DNA of 64,000 nucleotides from contig JBJKZL010000001.1 in assembly GCA_045560295.1 (NCBI GenBank), positions 661,973 through 725,972 on the forward strand, read 5' to 3'. This document shows, one piece after another, positions 1 to 10,719 of this stretch. The translations under genes were made by a program, and so were the position numbers. Each line of letters starts with the position of its first letter. Within the stretch, counting starts at the first letter, position 1. Under the pieces are notes generated by a model, which saw only the letters and a program-made list of their open reading frames with translations, had not been told where the DNA came from and did no database searches. This DNA comes from Fidelibacterota bacterium (GTDB taxonomy: Bacteria; Fidelibacterota; Marinisomatia; Marinisomatales; Marinisomataceae).

Positions 1-828
1 ATACCAGATAAAATAAAATTGTGCACCAGCGATGTAACAATAGAAGACGGTGAAGGCGAATAAGTACTTACCAAGGTCATGAAAATGTTCATGTGAAACA
101 ATATTTGTTAAATATCCTTGATCCTTTAAGCGAATTAAGGTGAAAGTTAAAAATGCTAAGAATGCTAAAAATGAACCTGCGAAAGTATAAACACCATACA
201 TTGTAGAATACCAATGTGGATCTAAGCTCATTAACCAATCAAGACCAGCAAATGTGATACTTGTGAATAATAATACTCCTAAAGGACTCATAGTAAAATT
301 TTTAAGCCTTTTCAAAGCATTATGGTCACCAGTTTTATCATGATTAGTAGAAGTATAGTATATGTAGAATGCTATGAAATTCCATAAACTGAAGTAGGCT
401 ACTGCTCTTTGTAAGAAGAATTCTTTATTTAAAAAAGGTAATTTATGTTGAATCAAATGATCTGCTTCAAAACTGTGAGTAAGCCAATAACTATGATTTG
501 GAAGCCATTTAAAAAGTAGCTCCATTCCTGCAACAATTGGTAAGAACAATAGTGTGAATATTGGCATCAACATTAAAGTATTCTCCATAACTCTGATTAT
601 CGCAACACTCCATGTTGCGGAGAAAGCATAGTGAACAAATATAAAAAACATAGCTCCTAAGATAATGCTCAACCAAAAAAAGAAAGAAGTCAGGTATGAA
701 AAATAAAATTCTTTGGAATCAAAGCCAACAATCCAAGACATAATTAATAATACTAAGCCTGTAAAAACTAAAATAAGATTTATAGATTTTTTTGATGTAT
801 AGTTATATGTTTTTGAATCTAGTTTCAT
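1..828 (-). CDS. actF: Alternative complex III subunit ActF (membrane, NrfD-like), runs off the window edge
   Basis: Not in ORF track. ATG at 828-826 overlaps the actE stop (ATGA). Translation MKLDSKTYNY...FYFSYLTSFFFWLSIILGAMFFIFVHYAFSATWSVAIIRVME...DWLMSLDPHWYST matches ActF, and it follows actE. Confidence 0.85.
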   Translation of the reverse strand, partial: MKLDSKTYNYTSKKSINLILVFTGLVLLIMSWIVGFDSKEFYFSYLTSFFFWLSIILGAMFFIFVHYAFSATWSVAIIRVMENTLMLMPIFTLLFLPIVAGMELLFKWLPNHSYWLTHSFEADHLIQHKLPFLNKEFFLQRAVAYFSLWNFIAFYIYYTSTNHDKTGDHNALKRLKNFTMSPLGVLLFTSITFAGLDWLMSLDPHWYSTMYGVYTFAGSFLAFLAFLTFTLIRLKDQGYLTNIVSHEHFHDLGKYLFAFTVFYCYIAGAQFYFIWY

Positions 829-1433
829 GATTCTTTAGCTATTTTTTCTTGTTCATCTTTAGGTAAGTCTTCAAAAGTAGCATTTTGACTTCTCTGTAAT
901 GCTCTAACATAATGTACTATTGACCATACATCATCTGCTTCTATTTGGTATCCATATGCAGGCATACTACGAAGCCCATATCTTATAGTATTATACATTT
1001 CACCATCAGGCTGTGTACGAATACGCTCATCGTGAAGATTGGCTGGGATAACAGGATAGTCATATTGAGTAATAATACCCTTACCGTTTCCAACTTGCGA
1101 ATGACATACAATACAATAAATGTTAAATCTTTCTTCACCCCTGTCAAGCACTTCAGCGGATAGTGCTACAGGGTTATTAGCTAGATATGAACCGTCCTCA
1201 TTCTTGCCAGTTAATCGTGAAGCATTCTCATCATACTGCCCTCTGGCAATAGTTCCTTCGATTGGAGTTCTCATAGTAGAACCATCTTCAAAAAAATAGC
1301 TCTCTTCCAATGATCTATATTTTTGCTGGTTATCCATATTAGGATTTAAGTGAATTGGAGGTTCTTCAAATTTTGCACCTCTAAAACAGCCAGAAAGAAA
1401 AAATATGCTTAAAAGTAGTATATTAATTTTCAT
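825..1433 (-). CDS. actE: ACIII monoheme cytochrome c lipoprotein ActE
   Basis: Lipobox LSGC, NMDNQQKY motif, one CIVCH, distal Met in SMPAY; operon position. Confidence 0.9.
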   Translation of the reverse strand: MKINILLLSIFFLSGCFRGAKFEEPPIHLNPNMDNQQKYRSLEESYFFEDGSTMRTPIEGTIARGQYDENASRLTGKNEDGSYLANNPVALSAEVLDRGEERFNIYCIVCHSQVGNGKGIITQYDYPVIPANLHDERIRTQPDGEMYNTIRYGLRSMPAYGYQIEADDVWSIVHYVRALQRSQNATFEDLPKDEQEKIAKES

Positions 1434-1956
1434 CTTTTAAAACCTCAATATCTGTACCACCAATTTTATCTAAAAATGATTTTACTTCCTGTTCATTGTA
1501 TTTAGGATCTGAGATCTCAATACTAACATAAAATGCATCACTTGTAACTCTAGAAAACTTATCTGAATAAAATACAGGATGATGGAATCGAGGTATACTA
1601 TTAAAGTACATCATCCCAAATACAGCACCAAAAGCACTAAACAGTACCATGAGCTCAAAGGTAATAATTGCATATGCTGGGTAAGCAAAAAATGGTTTTC
1701 CACTAATATTCATAGGATACTCAATTGAGTGAATCCAAGTTTGTAATCCAAAACCAAATAAAGCGCCAGTTAATCCCATTACCCCAATTAAATAACCCAA
1801 CTTAGATCTTTTAAGTCCCATTGCATCGTCCATACCATGAATTGGAAATGGAGAGTGACAGTCAAAATCTGTGAAACCTGCATCTCTTACTTTCTCAGCA
1901 GCATGAACTAATTCTACTGGATCATTAAACCTTGCTATTACACCGTATGTGTTCAT
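1423..1956 (-). CDS. actD: ACIII subunit ActD (DUF3341)
   Basis: DCHSPFPIHGMDDAMG and ITFELMVLF motifs, two TM helices. Confidence 0.92.
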   Translation of the reverse strand: MNTYGVIARFNDPVELVHAAEKVRDAGFTDFDCHSPFPIHGMDDAMGLKRSKLGYLIGVMGLTGALFGFGLQTWIHSIEYPMNISGKPFFAYPAYAIITFELMVLFSAFGAVFGMMYFNSIPRFHHPVFYSDKFSRVTSDAFYVSIEISDPKYNEQEVKSFLDKIGGTDIEVLKDEN

Positions 1957-3341
1957 TCTTCGTGTCCATGATGAGGGTTAGATTCTGGCAATACTAATTT
2001 TGCCTCGGCAATAGATACCATTGGTAAAAATCTAAGGAACAATAAAAATCCTGTAAAAAATAATCCAAATGTACCTATATAAATAGATACATCAAATATT
2101 GTTGGATTATACATAGCCCAAGCACCTGGCATGAAATCTCTGTGAAGTGTAATAACTACAATAACGAATCTTTCAAACCACATACCAATATTTACTAAAA
2201 TTGAAGTGATAAATAAGAATGGAATATGCCTTCTATATCTTTCAAACCAAAAAAATTGAGGTACAACAACATTACAAAAAATCATCGCCCAATAACCCCA
2301 CCAATATGGTCCTAAGGCTCTATTTACAAAAGCAAATGATTCATATGCATTACCACTATACCATGCAACGAAAAATTCCATTGAATAAGCATATCCAACC
2401 ATACACCCAGTTAATAGCATAATTTGTGCCATCTTATCGAGATGCTCCAACGTAATAATATGACCTAAGTTATATACCTTTCTTGCAATAATAGATAATG
2501 TCATCACCATCCCAAATCCAGAATAAATAGCTCCAGCTACAAAGTAAGGCGGGAAAATCGTTGTGTGCCAACCAGGAATCACACTAGTAGCAAAGTCAGA
2601 ACTAACAACACTATGCACTGATAAAACTAGAGGAGTAGATATACCAGCAAGAACCAAATAAGCTAACTCATAATGCTGCCACTGTCTATTTCCACCTCTC
2701 CAACCCAATGCAAAGAAGCCATAGATTTTTCTTTTTAAGTTTGTCTTTGCTCTATCTCTTAATGTTGCCAAATCTGGAATTAGTCCTGTATACCAGAATA
2801 ATAATGAAACTGTAAAATATGTGAACACAGCAAAGAAATCCCATATTAATGGACTTCTCATATTTGGCCACATTCCCATTTGATTTGGTATTGGTAAAAA
2901 CCAGTAAGCAACCCAAATTCTACCGACATGGATTCCAGGGAAAACTAGTGCACAAATCACAGCAAAAAGGGTCATAGTTTCAGCAAATCGGTTAATAGCA
3001 TTTCTCCAATTTTGTCTAAACAAATGTAAAATTGCAGATATTAAAGTTCCTGCATGACCAATACCTACCCACCAAACAAAATTAATAATGGCCCATCCCC
3101 AGAATACAGGATTATTAATACCCCAAATTCCAGTACCTTCCCATATGAGGAATCCAACACTACCAGCAAAAATAGCTAATAAAGACAAGGCTAACCCAAA
3201 TAGAAGCCACCATTGAATTGGAGTCTTTTTTTGTTCTGGTACTCCAGCTATATCGTCTGTTATAGTAGTAAAGTCCTGATTACCAGGAAGAAGTTTTTCA
3301 GCGCGAATTTCTGCTTTTGACTTTATTTTATGATCAATCAT
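1953..3341 (-). CDS. actC: ACIII quinol-binding subunit ActC (NrfD/PsrC family)
   Basis: NFVWWVGIGHAGTLISAIL, PLVLSVHSVVSSDFA, GMWFERFVI. Confidence 0.95.
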   Translation of the reverse strand: MIDHKIKSKAEIRAEKLLPGNQDFTTITDDIAGVPEQKKTPIQWWLLFGLALSLLAIFAGSVGFLIWEGTGIWGINNPVFWGWAIINFVWWVGIGHAGTLISAILHLFRQNWRNAINRFAETMTLFAVICALVFPGIHVGRIWVAYWFLPIPNQMGMWPNMRSPLIWDFFAVFTYFTVSLLFWYTGLIPDLATLRDRAKTNLKRKIYGFFALGWRGGNRQWQHYELAYLVLAGISTPLVLSVHSVVSSDFATSVIPGWHTTIFPPYFVAGAIYSGFGMVMTLSIIARKVYNLGHIITLEHLDKMAQIMLLTGCMVGYAYSMEFFVAWYSGNAYESFAFVNRALGPYWWGYWAMIFCNVVVPQFFWFERYRRHIPFLFITSILVNIGMWFERFVIVVITLHRDFMPGAWAMYNPTIFDVSIYIGTFGLFFTGFLLFLRFLPMVSIAEAKLVLPESNPHHGHEE

Positions 3342-6300
3342 CTAGTGATGTGCTCCTTGATGACTACCTGAAGATAATTTAGGATTTTGATTTCTAATTT
3401 TTGCAAGATATGTAGTTCTTGGACTTGTTCCAAGCTGACCTAGTAGCGCATAGTCACGATTACGTCTTTTTGCTTTGCTAACTTCACTATTTGGATCATT
3501 GATATCTCCAAATTTAATAGCATCTGCTGGACATGATTGTGCACAAGCTACTTTAATATCTCCATCAACTAAATCTCTATTTTCATTTTCTGCCTTAATA
3601 CGAGCTTCACTTACTCTCTGATAACAATATGTACATTTTTCCATAACACCTCTAAAGCGCATACTTACATCAGGATTCATTGCCATTTGTACTACTTCAG
3701 GCAGATCCCTTGTATAATTATAAAAATTAAATTTTCTTACTTTGTAAGGGCAGTTGTTTGCACAATATCTTGTACCTAAACAGCGGTTATATGTCATTTG
3801 ATTTACACCGTCTGTAGAATGAGTAGTGGCACCAACAGGACAAACTTGTTCACAAGGCGCTAATTCACAATGCACGCATGCAACAGATTGTGTAGATACC
3901 TCTGGATTATCAGGGTCACCAGAAAAATAGTTATCAATACGAATCCAATGCATCTCTCTACCATTCATTACTTGCTGTTTACCTACAACAGGAATATTGT
4001 TTTCACTTTGACAGGCAATAGAACAGGCATTACAACTTGTACAACTTGTTAAATCTATAGACATCCCCCACTGATTACCTTTTGAGTAGTCATATTCTGG
4101 CTCAGGATTATACATTGAATGATCTGCCCAGCTTCTTTTTTTGTCTGGTTTGTGTGATTCAACTATATCTTGTACAAATTCTGGGTGCTTTTTGTATTCT
4201 TCTAACGTTGATTGTTTGACTAAGTCGGGAATTCTAGATTGCACTTCATTAGTAGACAAATCGCTAAAACCTGGAGCTGCAAGCTTATCTTCTTCAAGAC
4301 CATAATGTTCTTGCGTACTTGCTAGAGGATATGTCTCATTCAGTGTTTTAATTTCAGCGTTCATAGCATATCCCATATTTGAACTTGTTCTTAACGGATA
4401 AACGTTAAAGCCTACTCCGCTACCAATTCTACCAGAAAATTCTCTACCATAACCTAATTCAAGTGTAATAGTTTTTTGATTCTGTCCAGGTACAATCCAT
4501 GCTGGTACTTTAATACTAACGCCTGAAATTGAAATTTCAATCATTTGTCCATTCTTAATATTTAATTTTTTTGCCACCTTCATGCTGACAAAAGCAGCAT
4601 TATCCCATGTTAAGCTTGTAATTGGTTTTGGAATCTCTTGTAGCCAGCCATTATTAGCATACCTTCCATCATAAACAGAGGAGGATGGTGCAAAAATTAC
4701 TTCAAATTTGTTATTCTCAAGAACTGGTTCTTTACTAAGGACTGCTGTTGAAACCTTATTTACAGTACGAACTTTTTGACTATTTAATAATGGTCTAACA
4801 TGAACACCTTCATGCAAAATTTTCTCCCATTTTCTCTCAAAATTAGTTTCTTTGATAATACTATTTTTCCAAACGTTTTTAACAGTATCATAAGAACTTC
4901 TATCTTCCTTAAAGACTAATGGAGTTAATACTTGAATTGCACTCTTTGAATCAAAGAGAGGTCTAATTTGTGGCTGAATAATACTTGCATAACCATCATA
5001 TGTCATCGCATCTCCCCAAGTTTCAAAGAAGTGAGCTTGTGCAATGTTCCATTGGCAATGCTTAGATGTTTCGTCATAAATATTACTTAAATGAACTGAA
5101 GATTTTACTTTCTTTAAAGATGCTTCAAAATTGCAATCAGCAGGAGCATCATATACTGGATTTCCTCCTAGTATAATCAAATTATCTACTGAGCCTTTTG
5201 CCATTTTTTTACATAATGCTTTGAAATCTGTCATCGAAGTAACATGTGAACTACTTAATGGATAATAATCGATTGGTGCATTCAATTGACTATTAATACC
5301 TGCAATTAAACAATGAATATCTGGTGATAAGTCGCTTCCACCTATAATGATGGATTCACCTTTATTTTTCATTAAATCTTCTGCTACAGTTTTAATCCAT
5401 AAATGATTTGATGTTTTCATAGGACTAGCATCAATCTTTAATCCTAATTTTTTTAATTCTCCAGCAAGTTCTTTCAAAACTGAAGAAAATTCATGGTTAG
5501 GCACATTCAAACGGTGATCTGCGCTTGATCCAGTAGGAGTCATGAAGCTTTCAACAACATAAAGCCTATTCATTGTACTTGTTTCATCTTTTAAATCTCT
5601 ATTCTGAGCAAATTTTCGAGTATGGTATACGCAATTATCTTCAACCCCTAAGAAATCAGATCCCACAGAAAGGATAGTCTGCGCATTTTCTAAGCGATTA
5701 AATGGCTGTAATTTTTTACCAAAAGCTTGTTCAATACCTTTATATAAATTTTCATTATTAATCGGTTCATAAGTAACCCAATCCGCTTTAGGGTATGCTT
5801 TTTTAAACTCACTATGCATATACTGCATTGTTGGGGACGAAGACTCTTGTGATAAAATAGCTAGGTTTTTTCCATTAGAGCTGTTCAATGACTGTGCATA
5901 TTTAATGTACTCAGACCAATCTACTTTTTTACCATTAAATCTTACCCCCCTAGATCTATCAGGATCATACATATCTAATGTGGTGGCTTGAGAAAAAGAA
6001 TTAGATTTACCCATTGATGCAGGGTGCTTTTCATTTCCTTCAACTTTTACAGGTCTTTCATCATGATTTTCAATAATTATTCCAAGAGCATTATTTTTAA
6101 ATGGCATAGTACTTGCGTAGTGTTTTGGAATTCCTGGAATAGTTGCTATTTCAGCTTCTACATATGGAATAATTTTTTGTACAGGTTTTTTACAGCCTTC
6201 TAAGCCCGCTAAAGCTACAGATGCAGCCACAAGAGATAAAAAATTTCTTCTAGATAAACCATTATCTTCATGATGTTCAGACTGTTTTAGATAATTATCG

Positions 6301-6425
6301 TAGTCTTCCGAAGATGAAATATCTTTTAAGCTTTTCCAATAACCAAATTCATGGGATTGAGCAGTATTCTGATCAATTTGGTTAGTATCTACAAATTCTT
6401 TTGACTTATTTTTTATCTGTGACAT
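3342..6425 (-). CDS. actB: ACIII subunit ActB (molybdopterin-oxidoreductase-like domain plus Fe-S domain)
   Basis: YWKSL motif, Tat SRRNFL followed by lipobox LEGC, C-terminal CTSCNACSIAC, CVHCELAPCEQVCP, CLGTRYCANNCPY, CTYC. Confidence 0.95.
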   Translation of the reverse strand: MSQIKNKSKEFVDTNQIDQNTAQSHEFGYWKSLKDISSSEDYDNYLKQSEHHEDNGLSRRNFLSLVAASVALAGLEGCKKPVQKIIPYVEAEIATIPGIPKHYASTMPFKNNALGIIIENHDERPVKVEGNEKHPASMGKSNSFSQATTLDMYDPDRSRGVRFNGKKVDWSEYIKYAQSLNSSNGKNLAILSQESSSPTMQYMHSEFKKAYPKADWVTYEPINNENLYKGIEQAFGKKLQPFNRLENAQTILSVGSDFLGVEDNCVYHTRKFAQNRDLKDETSTMNRLYVVESFMTPTGSSADHRLNVPNHEFSSVLKELAGELKKLGLKIDASPMKTSNHLWIKTVAEDLMKNKGESIIIGGSDLSPDIHCLIAGINSQLNAPIDYYPLSSSHVTSMTDFKALCKKMAKGSVDNLIILGGNPVYDAPADCNFEASLKKVKSSVHLSNIYDETSKHCQWNIAQAHFFETWGDAMTYDGYASIIQPQIRPLFDSKSAIQVLTPLVFKEDRSSYDTVKNVWKNSIIKETNFERKWEKILHEGVHVRPLLNSQKVRTVNKVSTAVLSKEPVLENNKFEVIFAPSSSVYDGRYANNGWLQEIPKPITSLTWDNAAFVSMKVAKKLNIKNGQMIEISISGVSIKVPAWIVPGQNQKTITLELGYGREFSGRIGSGVGFNVYPLRTSSNMGYAMNAEIKTLNETYPLASTQEHYGLEEDKLAAPGFSDLSTNEVQSRIPDLVKQSTLEEYKKHPEFVQDIVESHKPDKKRSWADHSMYNPEPEYDYSKGNQWGMSIDLTSCTSCNACSIACQSENNIPVVGKQQVMNGREMHWIRIDNYFSGDPDNPEVSTQSVACVHCELAPCEQVCPVGATTHSTDGVNQMTYNRCLGTRYCANNCPYKVRKFNFYNYTRDLPEVVQMAMNPDVSMRFRGVMEKCTYCYQRVSEARIKAENENRDLVDGDIKVACAQSCPADAIKFGDINDPNSEVSKAKRRNRDYALLGQLGTSPRTTYLAKIRNQNPKLSSGSHQGAHH

Positions 6426-7060
6426 TTTTGACAGTCTCCTACTGGTCTTTCATCTCCATGCTGCTCTACCCAAGATGAAACAAAATTATCGTAATCTGCT
6501 GGAGGAGTCCAATACATGTTTGTTACTTCGTTTTTTGGTCTAATCTCTGGCGTGTCAGATCTATGACAATCTAAACACCAATCCATACTTAATGGCTTGA
6601 CCTGATACACTACTTCCATCTCTGCTATATTTCCATGACAAGAAATACATGCAACCCCTGAGTTGACATGTACGCTATGATTAAAGTATGCGTATTCTGG
6701 TAACATATGAACTTTAATCCACTCAATCGGTTTTCCAGTCTCCCAACTTTCTCTAACCAACTTTAATTTTTCACTATCTGTCTTTACATACGTATGACAA
6801 CCCATACAAGTTTCTGTAGGAGGAATAACAGCAGAATAGGACTGTTCAACTCCGACATGACAATATCGACAGTCTATACCCATATCTCCGGCATGTAATT
6901 TATGACTGTAAGGAACGGGCTGAGTAGGCGCATAACCTACATCAGTATAATATGGTGATCCATAATACCAGATAAAAGAAGATAAAGAGAATAGTAAGAG
7001 GAATACACCTATAAGGAATATTCCAGGAAAATTATTTGTCCATCTTGGAAATAGTTGCAT
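6413..7060 (-). CDS. actA: ACIII pentaheme cytochrome c ActA
   Basis: One N-terminal TM, QPVPYSHKLHAG, five CxxCH (CRYCH, CMGCH, CISCH, CLDCH, CQKCH). Confidence 0.93.
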   Translation of the reverse strand: MQLFPRWTNNFPGIFLIGVFLLLFSLSSFIWYYGSPYYTDVGYAPTQPVPYSHKLHAGDMGIDCRYCHVGVEQSYSAVIPPTETCMGCHTYVKTDSEKLKLVRESWETGKPIEWIKVHMLPEYAYFNHSVHVNSGVACISCHGNIAEMEVVYQVKPLSMDWCLDCHRSDTPEIRPKNEVTNMYWTPPADYDNFVSSWVEQHGDERPVGDCQKCHR

Positions 7061-7124
7061 CTTTTTTTTATATTAAAACCATTTAAAATAGAGGTAAATC
7101 TTGCATTGAACATTACGTCAGAAT

Positions 7125-7142
7125 CAGTCAAGCAGTCAAGCA
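7125..7142. promoter_or_regulatory. Tandem CAGTCAAG x2 in the divergent actA/DASS intergenic region; reads TTGACT (-35-like) toward actA
   Basis: cagtcaagcagtcaagca; on the minus strand the first TTGACT is followed 18 nt later by TAATGT. Confidence 0.3.
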
Positions 7143-7193
7143 ATTATAACATAAGTGTTATCTTTTCTTCATTTATTAAATAAATTAGATTCA

Positions 7194-8603
7194 ATGAACG
7201 AGTCTTATAAAATAATCTCATCTTCAATGCTATATTGGTTTTCTCAAAAAAAATGGTTTGTTTTTAGTGTTTTATTAGCAATTTTTTTATTGAATTTAGG
7301 TACACCGATAGGCTTAACAGCTCCTGCGTATCATAGCTTAATTATCCTATTGATGGTTTTCACATTAGTAACATTTGAGCCTATACCATTTCCAGCAATA
7401 GCACTATTGACATTAGTACTACAAGTTTTATTGGGTGTAGCACCACCAGATGTGGTTGCAGCATCATTTATGAATGATGCTGTATTATTTGTGATGGGAT
7501 CTTTGATGTTTGCTATTGCTATTGTCCATCAAGGTCTTGATATAAGATTAGCAAAAGTTATCATACGAATGTTTGGTAGAAGTAAAAGATTATTCCTTGC
7601 TGGACTAATGACTATTTCTGCAATTCTTTCTTCTTTTCTAGGGGAACATACGATAATTGCTATCATGCTTCCTATAGGACTATCGGTTGTAAAAAATATT
7701 GATACAAAACAAACTGATGGTAAAAATGCAGTATTGCTTACCTTATTTTCAGTGGCATATGGAACTATTATTGGATCTATTGGAACACCATCTGGTGGAG
7801 CAAGAAATGTAATTATGATTAATTACTTACAAGAATTCAGTAGTATCCATATTGATTATTGGGAATGGATGAAACATGCATATCCAATATTAATAATGCA
7901 ATTAGTTGTTGCCTATTTTGTTTTGCAATTTGCTTTTCCAACCTCACTTAAAAACATTCAAATTCAAGGCTATAAAAAGAAGGTAGCTAAATCGAATACT
8001 AAAAATAATATTAATCATCTTTTTTCTTCTGTTATCATTTTATTTATTGTTACCAGTTGGTTTTTATTTAATGAACAATTCGGCTTGGGCATCATTGCTC
8101 TGTGCGGCGCTTTAATCTTTATGATTTGTGGAATGGTATCATGGGAAGTGATTAATAAAAATACAAACTGGGGTGTAATACTTCTTTTTGCTGCAACCAT
8201 TTCCTTAGGATTTCAAATTAATGAAACAGGAGCATCTACTTGGATGGTTGAAAAATTTAATGCAATGTTAGGATTAATGCCTGAAAGTGATTTAAATCTA
8301 AGTTGGCCTTTTATGGCAATTTTAACTGGCCTAACTGCTAATTTTTTTACAAGCTCGGCTACAATTTCACTCTTAGGGCCTATGGCAATTGAATTACAAC
8401 CTTCCGACATCTCTTTTGCTTTGTCTGCTGCTATAGCATCTGGATTTTCATTCCTTACCGTTATTTCATCACCTACAGCAATGATTCTTTATTCTACCGG
8501 CTTAGTTAGTACTAAAACTTTTTTCAAAGTTGGACTATTGATGTTTGCTAGTTCAATTGCTATTTTATATTTAATGTCACAATTCTATTGGGTAACGCTA
8601 TGA
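7194..8603 (+). CDS. SLC13/DASS family divalent anion:Na+ symporter
   Basis: Polytopic, GSIGTPSGGARN and ISSPTAMILY motifs; ATG 7194 preferred over GTG 7155. Confidence 0.88.
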   Translation: MNESYKIISSSMLYWFSQKKWFVFSVLLAIFLLNLGTPIGLTAPAYHSLIILLMVFTLVTFEPIPFPAIALLTLVLQVLLGVAPPDVVAASFMNDAVLFVMGSLMFAIAIVHQGLDIRLAKVIIRMFGRSKRLFLAGLMTISAILSSFLGEHTIIAIMLPIGLSVVKNIDTKQTDGKNAVLLTLFSVAYGTIIGSIGTPSGGARNVIMINYLQEFSSIHIDYWEWMKHAYPILIMQLVVAYFVLQFAFPTSLKNIQIQGYKKKVAKSNTKNNINHLFSSVIILFIVTSWFLFNEQFGLGIIALCGALIFMICGMVSWEVINKNTNWGVILLFAATISLGFQINETGASTWMVEKFNAMLGLMPESDLNLSWPFMAILTGLTANFFTSSATISLLGPMAIELQPSDISFALSAAIASGFSFLTVISSPTAMILYSTGLVSTKTFFKVGLLMFASSIAILYLMSQFYWVTL

Positions 8604-9484
8604 ATATTTTAATTGCAATTGGTGGTAAGGAATATTCCAAACCAACATTAGACCTTGGAATGAAAATCGCTAATTCATTTGAGGCAACTACTACTATTGC
8701 ATATGTTGGTAAAAAAATTAGTCAATTTTCTGAAAAAGATGTTAGTGTTGTGCATCAAAACTTAGACGATAGAGAATTATATAGACCTGGAGTGAGAACC
8801 TTAGAGTGGGCATATGATTTTTTAGAGTCAAAAAAGTACATTAAAAAGAAAGATAGCAATGTCAATTTTAATGACCACCTTATTATTGATGAAGAAAATT
8901 CTAGAATGCGTGTAATTCTCAAAGGAAGTCATTCAAATAAAATTGATTTAATATTACGTACCGGTGAGATTATTGATCAGCTAAAAACAGAGGTAGAAAG
9001 AAATAATCATGATATAACTATTATTGGTGGTGGTGGTAATAATGGAATGCATCATAAATTAGTACAGTTTATCGACAGCTCTGTAATGGTAGTGAAAAAC
9101 TATTCAGTAAATAAAAAGTATAAAATATTATTGCCCGTAAATAATTCTTTGGGATCAAATAAAGCAATTGAAATTGCTCAACAGTTTGCAAAGTCTAAGA
9201 AAATGGCTGTAGAAATTATTACGGTATTAGAAAATAAGCCATCTGATGAAAAACTTAAAAATATATTAAAAAGAACTCAGAAAAAATTCACGAATAACGG
9301 TATCAAAAATTCTGCAATTATTCTTGAAGGTGATCCTGTAAAAACTGTAGTGAAATATGCAAAAGATGATAGTCTAGTTATGCTTGGAGTGTCTCCAAAG
9401 AATCCCATTTTAAAGTACTTTTTTGGCAGCAAGCCAATTAGTATTGCTCAGCAATGTAATTGTCCTGTTCTAATTGCTAAGTAA
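8600..9484 (+). CDS. Tandem-domain universal stress protein
   Basis: MNILIAIGG; second domain KILLPVNNS...FFGSKPISIAQQCNCPVLIAK; overlaps the transporter stop. Confidence 0.85.
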   Translation: MNILIAIGGKEYSKPTLDLGMKIANSFEATTTIAYVGKKISQFSEKDVSVVHQNLDDRELYRPGVRTLEWAYDFLESKKYIKKKDSNVNFNDHLIIDEENSRMRVILKGSHSNKIDLILRTGEIIDQLKTEVERNNHDITIIGGGGNNGMHHKLVQFIDSSVMVVKNYSVNKKYKILLPVNNSLGSNKAIEIAQQFAKSKKMAVEIITVLENKPSDEKLKNILKRTQKKFTNNGIKNSAIILEGDPVKTVVKYAKDDSLVMLGVSPKNPILKYFFGSKPISIAQQCNCPVLIAK

Positions 9485-9977
9485 GCGCATTGAGTACATC
9501 ATCATAGTCTGGTTCATGTCCAGTTTGATCAAGTAATTGAGTATAACTAATTAATCCATCAGTATTAATAATCACAACGGATCTAGCTAAAAGGCCTTGA
9601 AATTTTCCATTTGTATGTAAAACGCCATAGTCACTTGCAAAATCATGGTTACGCATATCAGAAAGAAAAAGTACATTATCTAAATTGTTAGCAATGCAAA
9701 ACTGTTTTTGGCTTAAAGCTAAATCTCTTGATATACAAATCACTACCGTATTATCCATATCGCTCGCAAGCTCATTGAACTTATGAGCTGCAGCTGAACA
9801 TACTGGAGTATTCAGAGTAGGAAAAATGTTCAATACTAATCGTTTGCCTTCAAAATCTTTTAAAGTCATATTTACTAAATCATTATTTGCTAATAAAAAG
9901 TCTGGAGCTTCTGAACCAACCGCTGGAAGTGAACCTGAAAGATCTACTACTTGGTCACCTAATTTTATTTGAGTCAT
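9477..9977 (-). CDS. tpx: Thiol peroxidase (atypical 2-Cys peroxiredoxin)
   Basis: LNIFPTLNTPVCS, ISRDL...QFC, GLLARSVV, EPDYD. Confidence 0.93.
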   Translation of the reverse strand: MTQIKLGDQVVDLSGSLPAVGSEAPDFLLANNDLVNMTLKDFEGKRLVLNIFPTLNTPVCSAAAHKFNELASDMDNTVVICISRDLALSQKQFCIANNLDNVLFLSDMRNHDFASDYGVLHTNGKFQGLLARSVVIINTDGLISYTQLLDQTGHEPDYDDVLNALT

Positions 9978-10047
9978 AATTTTCTCTTTTGTTTGTTAAA
10001 TTGGATTTAAATTTAAAACAGTTATAACAATTAATAGGAGTTTTTTT

Positions 10048-10650
10048 ATGAATGATACCAAAAAATTTGTCTTACCAGCACTACCATATAATCCAAACGA
10101 TCTTTCGCCGACTATATCCTCTCAAACAGTAGATTTACATTATGGAAAACATCATCAGGCATATTTTAATATGTTGAATACATTTGCAGAAGGTACAAAG
10201 TTCATGGATATGGATTTAGATGAAGTAGTTGTAAAAAGCTTTGAAGAAGATAATAAAAAAGTGTTTAATAATGCCGGCCAAGCTTGGAATCATATACTTT
10301 ACTGGGATCAAATGAAACCTGGCGGAAGTAATACACCTAATGGAAAATTATTAGAAAAAATAAATGAATCTTTTGGTGATTATGAAACCTTCAAATCAAA
10401 CTTTACTCAACAAGCAGTAGGTGTGTTTGGAAGTGGATGGGCATGGCTTATTGAAAAAGATGGAAAGTTAGATTTAAGGGGATTACCAAATGCTGAGAAT
10501 CCACTCGCACATGGAGAGCATGCTTTAATGGGAGTAGATGTATGGGAGCATGCATATTATCTTGACTATAAAAATGTTAGACCTGATTATGTAAAGGCGA
10601 TACTAGATAATCTTATTAACTGGGATTTCGTAGCAGATCGTTTACGATAA
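10048..10650 (+). CDS. sodB: Superoxide dismutase, Fe-type signature
   Basis: LHYGKHH, FNNAGQAWNH, NAENP, DVWEHAYY; AGGAG RBS. Confidence 0.9.
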   Translation: MNDTKKFVLPALPYNPNDLSPTISSQTVDLHYGKHHQAYFNMLNTFAEGTKFMDMDLDEVVVKSFEEDNKKVFNNAGQAWNHILYWDQMKPGGSNTPNGKLLEKINESFGDYETFKSNFTQQAVGVFGSGWAWLIEKDGKLDLRGLPNAENPLAHGEHALMGVDVWEHAYYLDYKNVRPDYVKAILDNLINWDFVADRLR

Positions 10651-10670
10651 TTGTATCATCATATAATAAA

Positions 10671-10699
10671 AAAAAGGCGAATGAATTATTCGCCTTTTT
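10671..10699. terminator. Bidirectional intrinsic terminator
   Basis: AAAAAGGCGAAT-GAATT-ATTCGCCTTTTT between convergent genes. Confidence 0.85.
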
Positions 10700-10719
10700 C
10701 ATATCATTTTTATTTGAAT

